From: Epithemia pelagica
Taxonomy: Eukaryota > Protista > Bacillariophyta
NCBI GenBank assembly: GCA_946965045.2
Contig: OX337230.1
Span: forward strand, 3,410,001-3,474,000
DNA length: 64,000 nt
Direction: 5' to 3'
The notes under the pieces were generated by a model. That model did not search any database. It saw only the letters and a program-made list of their open reading frames with translations, and was not told the origin of the DNA. A program made the position numbers and the translations under genes. Below, one piece after another: positions 1-12,560 of the stretch (the first letter of the stretch is position 1; the number at the start of each line of letters is the position of its first letter).

Positions 1-61
1 CACCTGATACCTGATGTTTGTCGGACCGCGGTTACTTTCTCTCGTGCATTCCCGTCGCGTT

Positions 62-92
<31 letters not shown>
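62..92. repeat. (GA)n microsatellite
   Basis: agagagaaagagagagagagagagagagaga. Confidence 0.9.
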
Positions 93-811
93 TATATGTT
101 GCATTCGCTGAGACGATCGACTCGCCCAGATCCCGGTCTTACAGTTTTATAGCTCCACGCCCGTCGCCGCGATACATTCGGCGGCCATCTACTCGCCTGT
201 TCCAAACAGCACACAACCAAGCTCGCGAACTAAATCCGGGATGCCAGCATGTCATTTACTTCCTTCTCCAATACCTTCCTCGTCTATCCAACACATTCCG
301 TAATGCATCAGACATAAATCTTGAAGAACCCACTAACCTGATCCCTCATCATCCCTGTGATGTTCGACCAGCGGACATTGGACCGCTATCTACTTCAATA
401 TGTTGCGAATTATGTCACTGTCTGTCCTTGTCAATTTCGCTGCGCAGCAGTGACGGGCAATCGGCGAAGTAAAGGCGAAGTTCTATGGTCACCGAAAGAT
501 CCATACTTTTCGACGAAAACCTGAGAGGGCCACCCTCAGCAGGATCACACAATTACAAAAAGTGTCATTGGCTCCAAAAAACATGAGACTGTTCACCCTG
601 TTGCAATGCTGCTCAGTCTTGGTCAACGGATGTCTCTGGAGGAGAGGTAGGAAATGGATCTCTCACAAGAGATGCGTCATGATGACGGTGATAGTGTTGC
701 AGCTCTCTGACTTTATTCTTCTCTTCCAACCATGTTACATCATTTTGTTCAGATCAACTGCAACCAGGGGAGCTTGCAATACTTCATGTTACGCATCATG
801 ACAGGATGGTG

Positions 812-1203
812 GCCATGACGCTTTCCTCAAAGGCCCTTGAAGCAGCGGAAACGCTTGATTCGAAAATAGAGGACGCTATCACGGAATTCTCAGAGGCCAT
901 TGAAACAACAGAACGTCGTTACGAAATGTTTGATTAGGAAATAGACGACGTCATGACGCAATTGTCAGAGGTCATTGAAACAGCGGAACATCGCTACGAA
1001 ATACTGGAAGGTGACGCCATGACGCACCTCTCAAAGATCATTGAAACAGCCGAACGTCGATACGAATCGCTTGAATCGAGCATGGAGCACGCGATGGACC
1101 ACTTTTCAAAAATCATTGAAACAGCAGAACGTCGATACGAAATGCTTGACTCGAAAATAAAAGACACTATGACGCACTTCTCAAAGGCCATCGAAAGACA
1201 TGA
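812..1203 (+). pseudogene. Degenerate coiled-coil protein made of ~75-bp (25-aa) tandem repeats
   Basis: Units DAITEFSEAIETTERRYEMFD*EID / DVMTQLSEVIETAEHRYEILEG / DAMTHLSKIIETAERRYESLESSME / HAMDHFSKIIETAERRYEMLDSKIK. In-frame TAG at 935-937; a further partial unit lies at about 1433-1570. Confidence 0.6.
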
Positions 1204-3076
1204 GGGTACTGTCTTGGAAGGCTTCCCAGCGGTGGCCAAGCGTGTCTTCTGGAAAAAAGGTAGGAAAGGCTTCTCTCACGAGAGATTCTCCATCTCAATG
1301 ATCTTTTCTTTGTAGGTCTCTGACTTTTGAGTTCTCCGTTCCAATAACTTTCTGACACGACACGCTGTTCAGACGACCGTCAAACGGGCGAGCTTGCAAT
1401 ACTTCATGAAACACATCGTGGTAGAAACCCCATAACGTCGCACTTCTCAAGGGCGACTGCAGAACGTCGCTATGAAAAGCTTGATGCAAAACTAGAGGAT
1501 GCGATCACAATGATAAAAGATCTGATTGACCAAATGGAACAGAGATTGGAGAAAGTGGAGAACCGGCGTCCTTCTGATTACATGACACTCGATCGTTCGA
1601 AACGCATGGATATCTCTTCGCCTCTGTTGGTTCTCTCGGTTGGTGTCGAGATCGGATTCTTTCTTTTTCTCGCCTTCTTGTTGAACTAAAGCTCAACTTT
1701 CTTATTCCCATGGACTTCGCATAATATTCATTGTGACTAAAAGTGCGATATTAGATTCAGTGTGTGCTTTTCAGCTTGTTCCCGTCAATATGGCGTGTTT
1801 TTGGATGCTAGGAATCGGTTGGATGGATGGATTCGAGCCTGGTGGCGCCTCACCCTCTCACGGAATGGGATTTTGGTCGAACCGTTTGGTACCTGTATAT
1901 TCGTCGGATGCTTCTCGGACCTCAGTGGTTTTGTCTCTTGCATTCCCGTCGAACAGCACCACTTGTGTTTCCGAGACTGAGTCGCGTAGATCCTGCTCTT
2001 TTTCCGGTTTACCACCGGATCATGAATCCATGTCGTTTTCAGGAACCATTACATCGGACAAAATTATGTACATCTGTTGGTGGGGCATTCCCGTCACATG
2101 CCATGGAGACACAACTCATCCCCTGTGGTTGCATCACCACAATCCTGGATACCATGACGGTCCTTTTCAGGCGGTTTCACATGTTAGGTTCAGCAAGGAA
2201 TGCCACGAACACAACCGACCATCCATGTTTGCTTTTTTCGATCCATCCCCAAAGCCAGTAGTACCTCTCGTATGATGTCCGTGTGTGTCTCTATCGTACT
2301 TGACGAAAAACTATGTGTGCTAATAGGAATCGGACCTTGTGTGGGTCAATTTTTCCAACGATCCCGTCTCCACAAGACTGAAAAGAACTACCGACGTCAG
2401 GCACGTGCACTCAACTTAAAAAAAGGTACAGTCTATTTTAACGCTGCCGCGTGCACCCGCTAGGGTGACGTCGACCGACGCGCCCGGCTCCACACAAAAT
2501 GAGGAGCGAGGACAATAAGTAACCGAGCGTGCTGCTTCAAGCGACTGGATGGCGTGACAGATGCGGGAGGATGCAGCCCGCGAACGAAATTTCGGAGTCC
2601 ATCCCCGACTGCAAATTTTGCACGGCGGATGCAATTTACGGGACCCAGACCCAGTGTGTGAACGTTCTTACGATCGCTGGCTCGACCGGCGCACCGAGGG
2701 GACCGTTATTCTACAGGAAACACATGCCGACTCAATAGTACTGTAGATCCACCTCGGACGTTCCTTGGCACGATATAAAGAGTACCTTGGATGCACAAAA
2801 TTTTCGTTCCAGGCGGAGGGCGGGATCTCTCACAGATTCATTCTTGTGTCGTTCCGAGAGCATGTCGTGAGAGAGCTCTGGGTGTCTTGATAGGAAACGA
2901 GAGAGATCACACTGCATTCGAGAGACAGCCATTCAATCTTGGAATGGTTTGCTAGAGACGAGTGGATCCACATACAATCTCAGTCTCGTTGACGCAAACG
3001 ATTCTGGTGGACCGACTCTGTGCAAGAGGAGTCGAACGACTGGTTGTTGTTTGTGCTGTTTCGAGGTTCTACCAAC

Positions 3077-3078
3077 AG

Positions 3079-3109
<31 letters not shown>
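3077..3109. repeat. (CAA)n microsatellite upstream of the TPR gene
   Basis: About 10 CAA units. Confidence 0.9.
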
Positions 3110-3110
<1 letters not shown>

Positions 3111-3285
3111 AGTGTTGCTCGGTGTAGCTTTTGGTGTGGTGCGGTAAGAACTCGAGGACCGAACAGCAGAGACCGAATCACAAATCCAGTGTGGCATCGA
3201 CCCGGCCTCTAGAGTAGAACGTAGACACGACATTCTCGGTTTGGCCTTTTGACAGAACAACCTACAACAACAACAACACACAATA

Positions 3286-6200
3286 ATGGTCAAGGGTCCG
3301 TTTGCTGGTTCTTCCAAACAGGCCTCATTGCCACTGGCACCCTACCATTTACGGGCCAAAAGCGATGATGACGACGATGATAACGATTATGACCAACAAC
3401 GTGACCATAATAACTTGAGACAAGCGTGGTCCGACGATGAATTGAGATTGAATCAGGATGCTACGGCCCGAGAAAGTGATACCGATCTTTCTTCCGCCTG
3501 TTCCTCTTCGGCAGCGTCGTCTTCCTTGGCAGCGCAAAAGAGAAGACGGAGGCGAAAAAGTAAACACTTGTTTCGTCTCCGAAGATCCAGTTCTGGAGGC
3601 GAAGAGCAACATCCCGAGACGTCTCTCTCCCAAAAAACAGCCGCTGCTGGACCCGAGCAGTCACCCACCTCCACTGCCACCACGCTTCCTTCGCCCATCT
3701 CGCTGGCGGAAAGCAAGGAGGGTGTCTTGGTGATTACTCCATCCTCCTCCACGGGTGTGGTCCCTCCTTCTACTCCTACTCCAAGAGAGTCTCCCGTGAT
3801 TTCGTCCTCCGATCTTCCTCCCCGATCGGCCTCTCCCTTTTGTATTGCCAACAGCATGGGAAAAGTGGGACGCAAAAGTAGCCGAAAATTCTTTTCCTTT
3901 CGGAAACGACGAAATTCCTCGTCGCAACAGCCGCAACAACCAAAACACCAACAACCACATTTCTTGAGACCATCTCTGTCTCTGAGTGAAAGCGAAGCCG
4001 AAACCGATGGCAGTCCTACCATGGGTCGCATTCCCCGCAAAGCGTCCAAGACCAAGCCTCGTCCCCACAGTACTCCACGAACGACGACCATGGCACCGAG
4101 CAATCTTCGATCCTCCACGGCGGCGGACGAGTCTCCTCATCGGTCCTCTCCTACCCGGTCCACTGAAGAGCGATGTGGGTCCGAAGATGACCCGGTCGTT
4201 CGATTGTTTGAACAACGTACCACACAACGAGTTCGATTTGCCTTGGAAGGAGTGGGTGCCGAAGACATGGGACCCCCACCACAACAACCCTCGAAACCCA
4301 AGACGGAAGCCTCCAAAAAACCGTCCGTTTCGTTTTCATCCAACAACAACACCAACGACAACACGGGCCGATTAAGTCCTCCCGCGTCTCCCAATCGCAA
4401 ATTGGCCCGATTCATGAAGGGAGCCTTGTTTGGAGGCAAATCGGAACGAGCCGCGGTCGATGCCGAAGTGGAACGGGAATTGGAATCGGTCAAACAGGAA
4501 CTCGTGTGGGAAAATACCGCCACGGCCACGGCGGGAGGAGAAGTGATTCGGACACAACCCGGAGCCTTGACGACGACCTTTGTGGAAAATGCCCAAACAC
4601 GAGCGCAAGTCATCAAATTACTCAACAAGGCACGACGAGCCCAATACGTTCATTTTCGCTACGAATATGCCGTCAAGTGTTATGTCAAAGCCTTGGAGCT
4701 GCTCCAACAAGCAAATTATCCTCAGGATCATCCCGTCTACACCAAGACAATGCAAGCCTTGGATCATGCGCACAATGTACTGAGTTCGTACAACAATTCG
4801 TCCAACATTGTCAAAATGGGTATCAAATACGAAGATACTGGAGAATTGGTCCGTGCCTTGAAAATGTATACCATTGCCTACCGAATCCGGGTCGAGTTGT
4901 TGGGACGACAACATCCCTCCCTCGTCGTTCTGCTCAATATGTTGGGAAACATTCAAATCAAACGAGGCGAATTGCACGAAGCCATGCAAATTTACGAATT
5001 GGCACTCAAGGATGAAACCACCACGACTTGTGGTACGACGGGCACCACGAGCAGCAGCAAAAACTCCAACAACAGTCCGACACGAAGCAATACTCCGATC
5101 GGTGACTCGTTTACCGAAGGTGGTGATTCGCAAGAACACTTGGCTCCACCCGATCCTCCGCGCAATTTGCTAGCTCGGAGTGCCACGTACCGTGATATGG
5201 GCATTGTCTACGAAAAGTGGGGCGAACACGAGTCGGCCTTGGCCATGTACCATCAAAGTTTGGATTGTTTGGCCAAATACAAGAAACTGACCGGATCGAC
5301 CCCTCTGGCACTCACCACAAACAACAACAACAACAACAAGACCAATTCGAAAGAGTCTTCCTCTCCAACACCACCGCCCCTGTCTGTGGATGTGGCTCAC
5401 GACGATGCCGTATCAGCCTCGAGTGCCATTGGTATGGAAACGGTCGGTTCGCACGACTTGGCGGTCCATCCTACGACCACGGACCAACTCAAATCCACTG
5501 TTTCCCCTCCTACCACAACGACAACGGCTACCGCCAATGCGACGGGAGGCGACGATGGAATGGAAGTCCTAGTCGGACGGGAATCAGCCCAAGAAGACTC
5601 GAAACGACGCGTCATTTTTCAAGCCTCGAGTGATTACGATTTCTTTTTTCCACCCGAATTGGACGCCGTCTTGAGAGATCAACCACACAGCATGTCATTC
5701 CAAAGTAATAGTACGAAACAACATCAGCAGCAGCAACAACATCGAGGTGATTTTGCCGATTTGGATGCCGCCATGACCTTGCATCAAATTGGACAATTGC
5801 ATCGTTCCGTGGGAGAATTCAATTTGGCGTTGAGTGTCTTTTCGGTTTCTCTTCGAGGCATGAAGTATTGTGTCGGCAAGAATCATCCCAATGTGGCCGC
5901 GATTCTGGGCAATATTGGCAATTTGCAAAAGGAAATGGGCGACATGGATTCGTCCTTTGCCACGTACCAACAAGTGTTGGGGATTGAATCCTATCGATTG
6001 GGCTTGTCTCATCCCGATGTGGCAGTAACCTTGCACAATATTGCCACGATTGATGCCGCGCGGGGCAATCACGAACATGCCTTGGCCTTGTATCGGCAAG
6101 TGATTGCCTTGCAACGCAAATTGTTTGGGTCCAATCATGTGGCCGTGGCCGTCACATCGGCCTGCATGGGCGATGTCTACGAACGCGTGGGCGAAATTTC

Positions 6201-6558
6201 GGAATCCATTGCCTGTTTTGAAGAAGCGGTCCGGATCAAATCCTTTGCCATGGGTCGGCATTCCTTGGAAGTGGCCCGATTGATTCACAAGTTGGGCAAA
6301 TTGGCCATTTCGCAGGGCGAATATCATTTGGCCGACAGCTATGTGTCCCGTGCCATTTTAATTTATCGATTGAATCGATTGTCGGAATTGGATGAATGGA
6401 TGGTGGAAGCGACACGGGATGGTGCCGATATTGATGCCGCGATTGCCATGGGAGGAGGAGCCGCCGAAATGACCATGGAAGGCCACAATTCGGCCAGCTT
6501 TCAATCGTCGGCCGTCGGACCCGATTCGTCCATGGATGGTGGTGAATCGGAGGTCTAG
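3286..6558 (+). CDS. TPR-repeat protein (kinesin-light-chain / TPR_12-like repeats) with a disordered Ser/Pro-rich N-terminus
   Basis: 1090-aa ORF. Repeated TPR helices such as HPNVAAILGNIGNLQKEMGDMDSSFATYQQVL, HPDVAVTLHNIATIDAARGNHEHALALYRQVI, HVAVAVTSACMGDVYERVGEISESIACFEEAV. Confidence 0.9.
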   Translation: MVKGPFAGSSKQASLPLAPYHLRAKSDDDDDDNDYDQQRDHNNLRQAWSDDELRLNQDATARESDTDLSSACSSSAASSSLAAQKRRRRRKSKHLFRLRRSSSGGEEQHPETSLSQKTAAAGPEQSPTSTATTLPSPISLAESKEGVLVITPSSSTGVVPPSTPTPRESPVISSSDLPPRSASPFCIANSMGKVGRKSSRKFFSFRKRRNSSSQQPQQPKHQQPHFLRPSLSLSESEAETDGSPTMGRIPRKASKTKPRPHSTPRTTTMAPSNLRSSTAADESPHRSSPTRSTEERCGSEDDPVVRLFEQRTTQRVRFALEGVGAEDMGPPPQQPSKPKTEASKKPSVSFSSNNNTNDNTGRLSPPASPNRKLARFMKGALFGGKSERAAVDAEVERELESVKQELVWENTATATAGGEVIRTQPGALTTTFVENAQTRAQVIKLLNKARRAQYVHFRYEYAVKCYVKALELLQQANYPQDHPVYTKTMQALDHAHNVLSSYNNSSNIVKMGIKYEDTGELVRALKMYTIAYRIRVELLGRQHPSLVVLLNMLGNIQIKRGELHEAMQIYELALKDETTTTCGTTGTTSSSKNSNNSPTRSNTPIGDSFTEGGDSQEHLAPPDPPRNLLARSATYRDMGIVYEKWGEHESALAMYHQSLDCLAKYKKLTGSTPLALTTNNNNNNKTNSKESSSPTPPPLSVDVAHDDAVSASSAIGMETVGSHDLAVHPTTTDQLKSTVSPPTTTTTATANATGGDDGMEVLVGRESAQEDSKRRVIFQASSDYDFFFPPELDAVLRDQPHSMSFQSNSTKQHQQQQQHRGDFADLDAAMTLHQIGQLHRSVGEFNLALSVFSVSLRGMKYCVGKNHPNVAAILGNIGNLQKEMGDMDSSFATYQQVLGIESYRLGLSHPDVAVTLHNIATIDAARGNHEHALALYRQVIALQRKLFGSNHVAVAVTSACMGDVYERVGEISESIACFEEAVRIKSFAMGRHSLEVARLIHKLGKLAISQGEYHLADSYVSRAILIYRLNRLSELDEWMVEATRDGADIDAAIAMGGGAAEMTMEGHNSASFQSSAVGPDSSMDGGESEV

Positions 6559-7549
6559 GTAGGTCCCCTGTCAACCCAACCAGAGAAGTAGTATTCCAGC
6601 TAGGAGTAGAAAGTAGCACCCGTAAGGCTCTTGAAAATCTTATAAAGAATGTTAGAGAATGGTATCTAGTTTGGCGATGTTTGACCTTCATCGTGCGGGA
6701 ATCCTTGTCCCCGCAAGAGGATTGGCACACTCCAATCTCGGTGAATGGCCCTAGTCTTATTCCTCTGGTGTGTGGTTGGGACGTGTGGTGAATATGCGTT
6801 GCTCCTCTCTCATCCAGAAGGATTTCAATAAGGAGCTTACCGATTTACTCCTACGTGGGACTCGTCTGTTCCATGCCAACAAAACGATTGATCCCGAATC
6901 CCGCCGAAACTCCAAATTGTGGCAGAGATCACCGGACTAAATAATTCCCAAAGAGAAACAGTGTGTGCAATAATGGGAGATACCAACTTCCTTGGACATC
7001 TGTTTGATCTTGATCCCACTCGAATAGCGCATGACGTGTATTTCCTATACACCACAGTGTAGCAACCCGGTAAGCCCAAGTCGTCAGAATGACTGGGGCA
7101 ATGTTCTCGTTTGCTCCCTTTCTCCAATCCCATGAACCTTTGATACCTTCAATAGTTGGATGGGTTGTTACGCCAATTTGCTACCCGGTGTCACACAGTC
7201 CGCGAGTCCGGGGTGCGAAGGGCGAACGACTGGGATCTGTAATCGAGTACGAGTACCGAGCATAATACTCGAGTAATACTCGAGTATTGGTGCTAAAATA
7301 CTCGTACTTCCTCCAATTTTGACATACAAGTAATTACTCGATACTCTTACTTTCTTGTCGAGTATTACTCGTGTACTCGTACTCATGGATTCGTAGTTCG
7401 GCAAGTACATACTCTCTACTCGTACTCGAGCTACATCCAATACCCGAGTAATACTCGAGTGTTACTTCATCGTACTCGAGTATTTTCTATGCGCATGGTT
7501 TGTCCCCCCATTTGCACCTATTTCTTTTGTATCATCACTCATGAACCCT

Positions 7550-7612
7550 CGACCATCGACCATCAACCATCAACCATCAACCATCAACCATCGATCATCG
7601 ACCATCCTCTAT
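7550..7612. repeat. 7-bp tandem repeat CCATC(A/G)A
   Basis: gaccatcgaccatcaaccatcaaccatcaaccatcaaccatcgatcatcgaccatc. Confidence 0.8.
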
Positions 7613-9344
7613 CCTACCTCGTCCATCATCCATAGCCTTTCTGTTTGTCGGACAGAGTCGTCTGTTCCAGCCGATTCAATGAAGAACAACACACTTACGA
7701 TCCCTGGAATGGATTCAATTTCAACCTGCGGTGATTTGCAAACTCTTGCCCAATTTCTGTTCATTGAATCACCAAGTTTCATGAGTGGGCCCAAGGTCGA
7801 TTGCTGGCCAGGCCAACCAATTCCATTTTTGACTCTATGGTCATGAGGACTGAAGATTTGATGCATCGCTCTACTCCATTTACCATCATTTGTCAACTCG
7901 CTGACTGTGTGGGATTGTCCAAACCCATGGCTCAATGGTCTTGTCTCAGCAGTCACAAAAGGATTCAAGATTTGGGACAATCCGGTATTGGGCCACTCAC
8001 AAGAATGGCAAGACAATCAATGCCTCATTCTCCTCCATCATTACTATGGGAGCAAATGTCCTTGTGGTTTGAAAATGAGTTTTGGTTTTCGACAACTACA
8101 ACAACCTTTTCTATGAGTTTCTTTGGTCAAGGAGCCGTGGGAGGATCTGCTCCAGTGGTTCATCCCTAGTTTGCGGCAGCTTGTCATCAACAAGCAGACG
8201 GACAACTGGCATGTACCAGCAAGGACTATCTGGATAGCAGTCCTCCTCCCTGGGCCTCGTCGTCGTCGTCGTCCCCTCTGGGGTCTGGGCTACGACGACG
8301 ATTCCTCCACAAACAATACTGCCACACAACAACGACCCCTGGGTTCTTTGTTTGAGGTGGAGGAGACTGAATGGTACCCGCCACGACGTCTCGCTTTGGC
8401 GCCGGCATTACTGCCACGGCAACAGCATCCTCCTCGTTATTGTACTGGTGGCGTCGTCCCTTGGGCATTCCGTGGTTCGCAGTGGCGGCCATGGCCTTCT
8501 TGGATGTGTGGTCCCCTGGACCAGTTTGGTTCTGGAACAAGTCCCAGCCGGACGACGGGAATATTGTTGTTGTTGGACCGTTGGAACCGCTCCTCCTCAT
8601 CCTGAAACTGAAAATCCGGAACGAGTGCCGCCACCATCCGCGCACCAATCTCCCAATCATGTTTTGCCACCACACGATGGATCCTCCAACTGTTCCACCA
8701 CTCATCACAATCATCATACCAATGGTGGTGCTGGTGGTCCTGCTTCGTCTCGCTTTTCACCTTCACGCCACAACACTTCCAATCACACCAATCATGCTCA
8801 TCATCACTTAAAGCCCCATGGCTTGCCGCCACCAACAACGAATGCGACAACAACCACCTCCTCCATGCCATCCACACAAACAATACCAACAATACCAACA
8901 ACCCCAGACTGGATGAGGTGGATTGGCCCGTAGTCATGTGTGGGGATCCTTCTTGAGTATGACACTCGCCCTGTTCCTGGCATTGGCACTGTGCTTGTAC
9001 ACACCGTTTGTTGGTGTGGATTCCAATGAGACAACAACAACAGTCTCATCGTCCATGGTGTAGCTAGTGTGGCCTTCGGTGACTGTCGTGTCACATACGC
9101 TCGCCTTTGTGGTGGCCACATTGCCCGCTGCGGCCTCGCCAGTACTGACAGCCCACCCAGAAACGCCGATCATGTGATATCTTGCCCAGTAGACACCCTT
9201 TGATGCCAAATATAAAGTGGCAGAAACTGAAGATGATGCCGGCCCAACCATGACTCTAGACTCGGCAGATGAGGAGAACCCGAAGAGTTCTATTAGCAAA
9301 GATGAAGAGGAGATCGATCTAGCTGTAGACAATATGGATGGTGC

Positions 9345-9690
9345 ATCAGCAGTGGTACACCAAGCACATTGGCGGCTCCATTGATGCACCCACAGAAGGT
9401 GGCCTAGAGAAGCAACTGTAGACCAACCAACACTGCACTCCTCCATTATTCACTGATACCATGCAGGACACGCTCAGCACGAGTACCTGTGTACCCAGTG
9501 GTACAACAAGCACATCGGCGGCTCCTTCGATGGACCCACAAAAGGTGACCAACAAAAACAACTGTAGACCTGACCAACCAACACCATTCACTGATACCAT
9601 GCAGGACACTCTTACCTGTCCTGACACCCAGTTCCCAGTAGTACAGCACCAAGCACATCGGTGGCTCCTTTGATGGACCCACAAAATGGT
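9345..9690. repeat. Degenerate ~140-150-bp tandem repeat (about 2.5 copies) inside the TIR element
   Basis: Core caagcacat(t/c)gg(c/t)ggctcc(a/t)t(t/c)gatg(c/g)acccaca recurs near 9361, 9508 and 9650; ttcactgataccatgcaggacac recurs near 9449 and 9587. Confidence 0.8.
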
Positions 9691-10095
9691 GGCCTTGATG
9701 GTTCTTCAGCGGAATCAAACTTGAGTGGAAACTTAGTTGCGATACCCCACCCAAGATCTCTCCACCTCTTCCATGGAAGAACTTGCCTTGACATTTGACA
9801 TGGATTGTCAATAAAGACTCACGTCCACATGACCTCGTCGCAACAATGTATTGAACAATGCTATGCCCTGTAACACTCTGGTTTCTCCCAAGACCCAAAA
9901 CAATGAAGAGGACGTAAACCTAGCTGTAAATGAGAGGAGGTGGATCATGTTGTAAGAAGGAGACGATATACTTGGATTTTAGGTAGATGTTTAGTTGTGA
10001 AAAGTGGCTTGTACGTAGATTCCCTGATCCCTGAGTGACAAAAGGAGCAGGCTAGGTGGGGACAAATGGCGATGAAAAGGATAGAAAGAAAGGTG

Positions 10096-10290
10096 GGGAC
10101 GAAGTGCATGTGAAGGAAAGAGCAGGAAAAGTGAGGACAAAATAGGATGAAGCAGAGAGCGAGAAAAGTGGGGACGAATTGCATGTGAAGGAAAGAGCAG
10201 GAAAAGTGAGGACAAAATAGGATGAAGCAGAGAGCGAGAAAAGTGGGGACGAATTGCATGTGAAGGAAAAAGAGCATAAAAAGTGGGGAC
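10096..10290. repeat. 75-bp purine-rich tandem repeat (about 2.5 copies)
   Basis: gggacgaa(g/t)tgcatgtgaagg starts at 10096, 10171 and 10246. Confidence 0.9.
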
Positions 10291-11772
10291 AAATCGGCAC
10301 GGCTAAAATGAAAAACTAGCCGGCCTAGCACGTAGTACGACTCGTGACTACCATAGCGGGATTCGTGCAAGTAATACTCGAGTATAGTGGAATACTTGCG
10401 AGTATATACTCGATACTCGTACTCTCTATACATTCGATGGACGAGTAATCATTGATACTCGTACTCGTACAGTCAGGAGTGGCTGGGTACTCGTACTCGA
10501 ACATGTATGAGTACAGAAGTAGGTACTCGATACTCGTACTCTCACATTAGGGCTGTACTCGATACTAGTACTCTAGGCGAAATAAGGTCGATTACAGATC
10601 CCAGGCGAACGACATATTATGAAAATGATGTGTCTTGTAGAAGAATTGATGGCCGCTCTGACCATCCAGTACTAGTCTACGTAGATATACGTATGTAGGG
10701 AAATGTACCGGACAAGTATGTAGGGCATGGAATTTGGAATCTTGCTCATGAGGATTTCTGAAATAGGGAGACTATGGCTTAGTTGCGTGAAAACTACCCG
10801 TCGTCACAAAGGAGATTTCAAGTTTTTGAGTGAAGCAAAGCTCCTCTGGCTTTTGGGCTTGGTTTGCGTATCTTAACCGATGTTGGCTATAAAATCAACA
10901 TGGCAAAGGTTGTGGATGCATTGGAAGGTCTTCTGTGGATCACGGCCCTTACACCACTCTGGGTTCTGTATTTTCGAACCAAAATGTCTACAGTGGCTAC
11001 TGTTCACCTTCTGGTGACCCAGTGGTGGAATCGTGGGATGGTCCTTATGTGTTTTTTGCATGAACAACTCTCTTAGTCTCTATAACACTAGGTAGAAGCA
11101 TAGTATTCATCAATTTTGCCACCCACTTTGCCATTCAGTGGCGGCAATCGAAATTCTTTGAGTTCCGGGAGATCCTTGAACCAGACGGGAAACAAGAGTG
11201 TTTGTGGTAGCTGAAAGCATGAGAGGAGTAAACCTTCTCTGCCTACTCCCAGTGTCATGTATAGCTATAGTATAAGTCTTGTTCACGTATTGCTATTTCC
11301 GTTGCTTGGCAGTGGACAAATCTTGATCAATCAACATGGCTAGTTTACACCCAACTTGGAAGCATATAGTCGGGCTATCCGTAGAACAGTTTCAAATTGG
11401 ACTGCACCATTGCATTATTGGATACTAACCTGCACCAACTCCATGGATGGTTGTTCTTGCACTGGTGCATGGGTGGTGCTGAAAAGGTATCATTGGGCTG
11501 ACCGGATGTCCCTTTTTCGCTTCCATCCTCGACTCCAACTCCATACATGATAAAAGCTCTGCTCCTCATCGTTTGTCCTCTTTTTTGTTGTACACACTGT
11601 AGTATTTATCCAAAGAGAGATCCCTATTATTCATGGTCGGATCCACTTCTATTGCTAATTGCTACGCTCAACTAGGTACTCCTAGAGACTCTATGTATGA
11701 TCTGTCGTAGCTACTCCTGACTACCATGATTCCATTGCCGCATCTGGTCTGTACGTAGCCAACCTACCAGAA

Positions 11773-11895
11773 ATTCTGATGGCCATTCGGCCAACATAAC
11801 TTTCAAGACGCTGATCATTGCCAATTACTACGGAGCTACCCAGGTCGACTATTTCTAGTCATCGCAAAATTGTCGGTCAAATGGCCATCAGAAAT
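11773..11895. mobile_element. Possible ~120-bp MITE / inverted repeat
   Basis: TTCTGATGGCCATT (11774-11787) and AATGGCCATCAGAA (11879-11892) are perfect inverted repeats; CAGAA flanks both sides (11768-11772, 11896-11900). Confidence 0.45.
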
Positions 11896-12560
11896 CAGAA
11901 GGTGCGATTTTACCGCGACTTGGCCAACAAAACCGAGGTAATGACTTATCCCTGAGGAACGCGAAAAAACGATGACTGCTATCACCGTATCCTAATGGCG
12001 CTTCGACCCATTTGTTGTCTTGGTTGTCCTTCATCAAGATACTTTTAGCGTTTCTCTACTCGTATACTTCAAGCGCTGAAACGACAAGTCTCAAGCCATT
12101 GACTCTGTGGGAGAGATCGCGCAACCGCAAATGCTGGTTAAGGCTGGTTAATCACTCTTCAAGATTTCAGACCAGGCATCTCCATGGTGCGAGTAACGAA
12201 GACCAATCTTCGTTGCGGCGTCCTGCCAATGCGTTGCTGGTTCGTTTCCTGAGACAACGGTGGAATCCTTCATACCAAACGGCCTTACGGACCCTTCCAC
12301 CGAACCCAACGGTACTATGTGCACACCGAATTCTCGCAAGACACAGTCTGCCCAAACAATCCATGCATATGCATCGCCTGTGACCAAGAAGAAAATAAAC
12401 CAAGTGCTTGATCAAACCAGAAACTAATATCGAACGAACAGGCACTTCTGCAATTTAAAACCGTCTACCGAGAAGCTTTCCCTCAAATGATAACGCATGG
12501 CTTTCGTACAGAACAAGTCATCGAATGTATGATCACGCCAGGTGTAGCAGGAGGAGCATA

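Larger units (their letters stand above)
7231..10603. mobile_element. Non-autonomous TIR DNA element (3373 bp) carrying degenerate cargo
   Basis: Perfect 16-bp TIR TGGGATCTGTAATCGA (7231-7246) / TCGATTACAGATCCCA (10588-10603). Direct repeat GGCGAACGAC at 7221-7230 and 10604-10613. Dense TACTCG/CGAGTA subterminal motifs at 7243-7480 and 10335-10570. No transposase seen. Confidence 0.9.

Noticed and set aside
1700-2760. ORFs 1733-2275 and neighbours as genes
   Set aside because: No recognisable motif; the minus-strand protein-like frame is broken by stops. At best an unassignable relic.
3349-6730. Many overlapping or antisense ORFs within the TPR gene (also within RluA, ZIP and pol)
   Set aside because: Shadow ORFs of GC-balanced coding sequence with no independent motifs.
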